The position numbers were made by a program, and so were the translations under genes. Below, piece after piece: positions 27,173-32,352 of a stretch of DNA of 32,352 nucleotides. This stretch comes from Thermodesulfobacteriota bacterium (GTDB lineage Bacteria; Desulfobacterota; Desulfobulbia; Desulfobulbales; SURF-16), in the NCBI GenBank assembly GCA_040755455.1, contig JBFMAY010000046.1, positions 1 through 32,352 of the forward strand, given 5' to 3'. Below the pieces are notes generated by a model. The model searched no databases, was not told the origin of the DNA, and was given only the letters and a program-made list of their open reading frames with translations. The first letter of the stretch is position 1, and each line of letters begins with the position of its first letter.

Positions 27173-28748
27173 CCTTCATGAGTTTGTAGGTGATACTATC
27201 AACCAGCGCCTGCCAGCTTGCCTCAAGGATATCGTGCGAAACGCCCACGGTTCCCCATTCTGATTCCCCATCCCGTGATTCGATCAGCACCCTGACCCTG
27301 GCGCCTGTTCCACGGTCGCTGGCCAGTACACGGACACGGTAATCATCCAGCCACATTTCCGACAATGAGGGATAAAACTGGGTCAGGGCCTTGCGCAGAG
27401 CATTATCCAACGCATTGACCGGGCCGTCACCCAGGGCGGCAGAGTGAACCATCTCACCGCCGACCTCCAGCCGTATGGTCGCCTCTGCCTGGGGGGGCTG
27501 GTCCATCTCGGATTTCTGGTTGATGACCCGAAAACCAAGCAGGGTGAAATAGCGGCGCTGCGCCCCCAGGGCACGCCGCATCAGCAATTCAAAGGAGGCC
27601 TCGGCCCCTTCATACTGAAATCCCTGATTCTCCAGGGTTTTCAGCTCCTTTAAAATGGAGGTGACGACCGGGTCTTTGCTGTCAAGATCGATGCCGAATT
27701 TTTTGGCTTTATGCAGCACGTTGCTGCGGCCTGATTGGTCCGAGATGAGAATTCTGCGGACATTGCCCACCTTTTCTGGCTCAATATGCTCATAGGTCAA
27801 CGGATTGCGCTTCACCGCACTGACATGGATGCCGCCCTTATGGGCAAAGGCGGAGGTTCCAACATATGGCTGGTACCTGTTGTGGGGAAGATTGGCCAGC
27901 TCGTTGACATAGCGGGATGTCTCGCTTAATTTGATGAGATTGGGCGCCGCATGGAAGGTATAACCCATTTTCAGGGCAAGGGCCGGCATGATGGAGGTGA
28001 GGTTGCCGTTGCCGCACCGCTCGCCATAGCCGTTTATCGTTCCCTGCACCTGAGAGGCCCCCATGGAAATGGCCACGAGAGAGTTCGCCACCGCGGTTTC
28101 CGAATCATTATGGGCATGGATGCCGATTCCTACCTTATGGCCGTTCTGCTTGAGGTGTTTTTTCACCTGGACAATGATATCCGGAATGTCCGTGGGAAGG
28201 GTGCCGCCGTTCGTGTCGCACAGCACGAGCATCTCTGCGCCTCCCCTGACGGCCCGGTCCAAGGTTGCCAGTGCGTACTCCTTGTTGTTCTTAAACCCGT
28301 CGAAAAAATGCTCAGCATCATAGAAAAGATGTTTGACATGGGGCCGCAGATAGGACAGGGAATCTTCAATGATAACAAAATTGTCCTCAAGGCCGATGCG
28401 CAAGGCTTCATGGACATGGATATCCCAGCTCTTGCCGAAAATGGTGATCACCGGTGTTTGCGCGGCAATCAAGGCCTGGAGATTTCCGTCAGTCTCGGCA
28501 GAATTGCCAAACAGCCTTGTGCTGCCGAAAGCGGCTATCAGGGAATGTTTCAGCTCATAGTTCTTGATTTCTTCAAAATATCTGGTGGCCGCAGGATTTG
28601 ATCCGGGCCAGCCACCTTCAATGTAATCAATACCAAGCTGATCCAATTTCAGGCTTACTCTTACCTTGTCTTCAACGGACAGATTGAAATTCTCCGCCTG
28701 GGTGCCGTCACGCAGGGTCGTGTCGTATATTGTCAGCTGTTTACTCAT
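27153..28748 (-). CDS. cimA: Citramalate synthase (LeuA/CimA family)
   Basis: DTTLRDGTQ, IEGGWPGSNP, DAEHFFDG, LCDTNGG, HAHND, GERCGN, FAHKGGIH and C-terminal regulatory GDGPVNALD. Confidence 0.9.
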   Translation of the reverse strand: MSKQLTIYDTTLRDGTQAENFNLSVEDKVRVSLKLDQLGIDYIEGGWPGSNPAATRYFEEIKNYELKHSLIAAFGSTRLFGNSAETDGNLQALIAAQTPVITIFGKSWDIHVHEALRIGLEDNFVIIEDSLSYLRPHVKHLFYDAEHFFDGFKNNKEYALATLDRAVRGGAEMLVLCDTNGGTLPTDIPDIIVQVKKHLKQNGHKVGIGIHAHNDSETAVANSLVAISMGASQVQGTINGYGERCGNGNLTSIMPALALKMGYTFHAAPNLIKLSETSRYVNELANLPHNRYQPYVGTSAFAHKGGIHVSAVKRNPLTYEHIEPEKVGNVRRILISDQSGRSNVLHKAKKFGIDLDSKDPVVTSILKELKTLENQGFQYEGAEASFELLMRRALGAQRRYFTLLGFRVINQKSEMDQPPQAEATIRLEVGGEMVHSAALGDGPVNALDNALRKALTQFYPSLSEMWLDDYRVRVLASDRGTGARVRVLIESRDGESEWGTVGVSHDILEASWQALVDSITYKLMKDERKKA

Positions 28749-28762
28749 AGGGCATTGATATC

Positions 28763-29263
28763 CTAGGCTTCTTCCAACGGCAGGTTATTTTTGTCGAGTT
28801 CAAAGGCGTCATGTAAGGCCCGCACGGCAAGTTCCGTATATTTCTCCTCTATCACGCAGGAAATTTTAATTTCCGAGGTGGAAATCATCATGATGTTGAT
28901 ATTTTCCCTGGAGAGGATATGGAACATGGTGGTGGCAATACCGGAATGATTCCGCATGCCAACGCCGACAATAGACACCTTGGCAATTTTCGTATCGCCG
29001 GTGACCCGTTCCGCCCCGATCTCCTTGGCGGTTTTCTCCATGATCTTCATGGCCCGCTCATAGTCGCTTTTGGGAACCGTGAAGGTCATATCCGTCATGT
29101 CTCCGGCCCTGGTGTTTTGGATTATCATATCTACCACGATGCCGGCATCGGAAATCGGATTGAAGATGCGTGAGGCAATGCCGGGTGTATCAGGCACCTT
29201 GGCAAAAGTGATTCGTGCTTCATTCTTATTATAAGTAACGCCGGAGACCAGCATGGATTCCAT
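28763..29263 (-). CDS. Putative aspartate kinase beta subunit (in-frame internal start, 166 aa, ACT domains)
   Basis: Minus strand GAGGAGG-ATAAAATA-ATG at Met247 of lysC, at the kinase/ACT boundary. Confidence 0.7.
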   Translation of the reverse strand: MESMLVSGVTYNKNEARITFAKVPDTPGIASRIFNPISDAGIVVDMIIQNTRAGDMTDMTFTVPKSDYERAMKIMEKTAKEIGAERVTGDTKIAKVSIVGVGMRNHSGIATTMFHILSRENINIMMISTSEIKISCVIEEKYTELAVRALHDAFELDKNNLPLEEA

Positions 29264-30001
29264 TATTTTATCCTCCTCAACGACCCATGTTCCTTCTGTG
29301 TTGGTAAAGGTTGATCGTACATGAACCGGTACTTTGTATCTTTTTGCCAGACTGACGGACCTGATATCGAGCACTTTGGCCCCAAGACTGGCAAGTTCGA
29401 GCATTTCATCATAGGTAATGCGATCTATTTTGCGCGCCGAAGGGCAGATGTTCGGATCTGTCGTATAAACACCTTCCACATCGGTAAAAATTTCACATTG
29501 ATCTGCGGCCAGGGCCGCGGCCAGGGCAACGGCAGTAGTATCGGATCCGCCCCGGCCCAGGGTGGTGATGTCGCCACTTTCCGACACCCCCTGAAATCCG
29601 GCTACCACGACAATTTTCCCCTCACGCAGATGGCGTTTGATCAGATCTGCGTTAATCGATTTGATTCTCGCTTTGGTATGCATAGCGTCCGTGTTGATTT
29701 TCACCTGATCACCAAGCAGGGATACAGCATCCAAACCCGCCTCTTTTACCGCCATTGCAAAAAGTGCGACAGTGACCTGCTCTCCGATTGACAGCAGTAC
29801 ATCCATTTCCCGCTGGTCAGGGATTGTTTGCATTTTGTGAGCAAGGTCCACCAGGCGGTTGGTTTCACCGGCCATGGCCGAGAGAACAACAACCATCTGA
29901 TGCCCCTGTTTGCTCAAATCCATCACCCGACGGGCAACAGCTTTGATCTTATCAGGATCAGCGACGGATGTGCCGCCAAATTTTTGAACAATTAGTGCCA
30001 T
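28763..30001 (-). CDS. lysC: Aspartate kinase (alpha subunit)
   Basis: [41 protein letters not shown] and two ACT domains. Confidence 0.96.
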   Translation of the reverse strand: MALIVQKFGGTSVADPDKIKAVARRVMDLSKQGHQMVVVLSAMAGETNRLVDLAHKMQTIPDQREMDVLLSIGEQVTVALFAMAVKEAGLDAVSLLGDQVKINTDAMHTKARIKSINADLIKRHLREGKIVVVAGFQGVSESGDITTLGRGGSDTTAVALAAALAADQCEIFTDVEGVYTTDPNICPSARKIDRITYDEMLELASLGAKVLDIRSVSLAKRYKVPVHVRSTFTNTEGTWVVEEDKIMESMLVSGVTYNKNEARITFAKVPDTPGIASRIFNPISDAGIVVDMIIQNTRAGDMTDMTFTVPKSDYERAMKIMEKTAKEIGAERVTGDTKIAKVSIVGVGMRNHSGIATTMFHILSRENINIMMISTSEIKISCVIEEKYTELAVRALHDAFELDKNNLPLEEA

Positions 30002-30305
30002 TATTCAAACACTCCAGTTGCATGTCTATTAATCTTAAAAATTTATAAAGAAGAAACCCTCCCCGCCCTTACACAATAAGCGTTTGTTTTTATTTTTGTT
30101 TAAACAATAGCTCATCAGTATCCGACAGTCGGGCGAATTGAGGTACGAAACTTGCTTTATAAAGCACCCAATAAAAATAACCAACTTAAAAAAATAACAA
30201 GAAACAACACAGAATATCAAGCGTAAAAAAAAAAAATCTCAGGCAGAATAAACCTTGTAATAACTCCAGGTTTTTGCTACAAAAAAATGATGAAAGAAAG
30301 TTGTA

Positions 30306-30334
30306 TTGATAGAGGCTATCTTTTATTTGACAAT
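30306..30334 (+). promoter_or_regulatory. Putative promoter of the M23 peptidase-trmL unit with overlapping palindrome
   Basis: TTGATA-N17-GACAAT; the inverted repeat GATAG-AGG-CTATC (30308-30320) overlaps the -35 box. Confidence 0.35.
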
Positions 30335-30351
30335 TTTCTCTAAGGACAATC

Positions 30352-31692
30352 ATGACGACAGCAAAAAAAAATATACTTCTCAGCTCTACTCTCTCACTTT
30401 TTGCTTTATTTGCTCTTTTTTCGTTTCTATCTTCATCACCAGATAACAGACATGGCAACCTCACATCCTCTGCAGGTAAGGCGTCAACCGCCGTTCCGCC
30501 TGCATCCTTCGACAACAAAGAAGACAACAATGAACCGGATATCTTTCACACCTTGGTTGAGGGGGAGTTGCAATCAGGCGACACCTTAAGTCAATCCCTG
30601 ACACGATACAATATCGGTCCTGCCGTTCGCCAGCAGATTCTGGACAATCTGGCCAGTTGTCTTGACTTCAGGCGATTACGGCCAAGGGATAAATATCGTG
30701 TTTTCCTGGATGATCAGGGGCAGCTTCTTCGCTGTGAATATGAAACCGGCCCTTTGGAGTCCTATTCTATCACCCGAAACGCCGACGCCTTTGTTGCGCA
30801 GAAGGATTCTATTAATGTCTCGATCAAAACCTGCATGATTGAAGATTCCATCTCGACCTCCCTGTTTGATGCTTTTTCGAAAAATCAACTGAATGCGGCC
30901 CTGATTTATGCATTTGCCGATATCTTCTCATCACGGATAGATTTCAACACTGAAATACAAAAAGACGACACCTTTCAGGTCGTTTTTGAAAAATATTTCA
31001 AGGAAGATGAATTCATCGGTTATGGCAATATTCTTTATGCCCGGTATCAGCAGCAAGCCGGGAAGAGTTATGAAGGCTTCTTTTATCAGACGGATACTTC
31101 GACAGCCGGCTCCTATTTTGATGCGGAAGGCAAAGAACTGGGAACCTCTTTCATTAAATCACCCGTTCCTCTGGGCAGGGTTACATCTGAATTCAGTTTA
31201 AGGCGTATTCATCCGATTTCCGGTATCATACGGCCGCATCTGGGCGTGGACTTCGCCTCGCCTGTCGGGACGCCTGTCATGGCAACAGCTGATGGCACGG
31301 TTTCCTATATTGGTTTTCAAGGAGGATTCGGTCGGCAGATCGTCATATCCCACCCAGGGGGATATAAAACATATTACGGCCATCTCTCTCGCTTCAGTAA
31401 AGGGTTGCAACAGGGGAGTACAGTAACGCAAAAACAGATTATCGGTTATGTGGGATCATCTGGAATTTCCACCGGCCCCCATCTTGATTATCGTGTGCAG
31501 CAGTTTGGCAACTTTCATGACCCCTTCAATTTAGAATTTCAGCCGAAATCCGTATTGACGGGGGAGAAATTTGTCAAGTTTAAAAGCCACATAACGGCCC
31601 TTACCGGCTTGCTTGCATCGTCACCGGATCCTGAGATCCTTTATGTCCGTCATCTGTTAATCAAACCTGATGAACAGTTGACCATGCTTTAA
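30352..31692 (+). CDS. M23-family peptidoglycan DD-endopeptidase (MepM/Csd3-like)
   Basis: N-terminal anchor, LysM/OapA-like GDTLSQSL, FSSRIDF, HLGVDF (HxxxD), YGHLS and STGPHLDY. Confidence 0.9.
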   Translation: MTTAKKNILLSSTLSLFALFALFSFLSSSPDNRHGNLTSSAGKASTAVPPASFDNKEDNNEPDIFHTLVEGELQSGDTLSQSLTRYNIGPAVRQQILDNLASCLDFRRLRPRDKYRVFLDDQGQLLRCEYETGPLESYSITRNADAFVAQKDSINVSIKTCMIEDSISTSLFDAFSKNQLNAALIYAFADIFSSRIDFNTEIQKDDTFQVVFEKYFKEDEFIGYGNILYARYQQQAGKSYEGFFYQTDTSTAGSYFDAEGKELGTSFIKSPVPLGRVTSEFSLRRIHPISGIIRPHLGVDFASPVGTPVMATADGTVSYIGFQGGFGRQIVISHPGGYKTYYGHLSRFSKGLQQGSTVTQKQIIGYVGSSGISTGPHLDYRVQQFGNFHDPFNLEFQPKSVLTGEKFVKFKSHITALTGLLASSPDPEILYVRHLLIKPDEQLTML

Positions 31693-32162
31693 TGCGCAGC
31701 ATCATAGAGCCGCCATTCAATATTGTCCTGGTGGAACCTGAAATACCTCCCAACACCGGCACTATTGCCAGGTTGTGCGGCGCAACAGACTCCATCCTGC
31801 ACCTTGTCAAACCATTGGGCTTCAGCACGGACGATAAACATCTCAAGCGTGCCGGACTTGATTACTGGCAGTTCGTGCAAATTGTCTATTGGGATAATTT
31901 GGATACTTTTTTGCAGGCTCAGGATGAAAACAGACTTTTCTTCTTGAGCAAAAAAGTCTCAAGGAGGTATACCGAAGCTCATTTCCTGCCCGGAGATTTT
32001 CTTATTTTTGGCAAAGAAACCAAAGGGATTCCTGAAGAAATCCTTTCACTTTACCATGACCGCTGCTTTTCCATTCCCATGTCCAATCCTCATATCCGGA
32101 GTCTCAACCTGGCCATGGCTGCCGGAATTGTCTTATTTGAAGCGTTGCGCCAGCAAGGCTGA
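31692..32162 (+). CDS. trmL: tRNA (cytidine/uridine-34-2'-O)-methyltransferase
   Basis: PEIPPNTGTIARLC, KRAGLDYW, FGKETKG and RSLNLA SPOUT motifs. Confidence 0.95.
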   Translation: MRSIIEPPFNIVLVEPEIPPNTGTIARLCGATDSILHLVKPLGFSTDDKHLKRAGLDYWQFVQIVYWDNLDTFLQAQDENRLFFLSKKVSRRYTEAHFLPGDFLIFGKETKGIPEEILSLYHDRCFSIPMSNPHIRSLNLAMAAGIVLFEALRQQG

Positions 32163-32226
32163 CTTTAGCACCTAACATATAATTTTTCTTTACCCCCCGG
32201 TAGTAACGTGATAATTTTAATAATAA

Positions 32227-32352
32227 GAGCCTTTTGCAAAATGAACGTCGTAGCGAGATCGAGAGAAAAATTTTCTGTGCAAGGATGAGTTTGTGCCCCC
32301 GGAAGCATAGCAGTGCTACGTTGAGGACATTTTTGGCCGATCGGAGTAGCTG
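32227..32352. repeat. Possible start of a palindromic intergenic repeat, truncated at the window end
   Basis: Composition shifts from AT-rich to more GC-rich after TAATAA. Short palindromes TTTTGCAAAA (32232-32241), AGAAAA-A-TTTTCT (32264-32276) and TAGC-AGT-GCTA (32308-32318); no ORF in the track. Confidence 0.3.

Noticed and set aside
30002..30351. Lysine riboswitch upstream of lysC
   Set aside because: The region is AT-rich, and I could not find the L-box consensus or its multi-stem structure.

Overview
A gene-dense chromosomal stretch with mostly housekeeping content. Gene order and protein families (recN next to a ThiI-like gene, purB-DUF4911, lysC-cimA-comEA, CoADR-rhodanese) suggest a sulfate/sulfur-metabolising Desulfobacterota, possibly Desulfobulbaceae-like; this is an inference. 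The window holds two tRNA genes (initiator Met-CAT, Thr-CGT), about 27 CDS and many RNA modification/repair genes (rluA-like, ThiI-like, rtcB, rlmN, miaA, miaB, trmL). No CRISPR array, prophage, integrase or transposase is visible. The main unexplained features are: (i) a ~180-bp, multibranched element with terminal inverted repeats and a flanking TGA direct repeat, abutting the RBS of the RNA ligase gene rtcB; (ii) an rtcB operon with a 120-aa unknown protein and an HTH/Zn-ribbon protein instead of rtcA/rtcR/archease; (iii) a pseudokinase-TPR-WD40 protein; (iv) an internal in-frame start for an aspartokinase beta subunit; (v) an uncalled 39-aa Lys-rich protein; and (vi) palindromic, probably repetitive DNA at both window ends.
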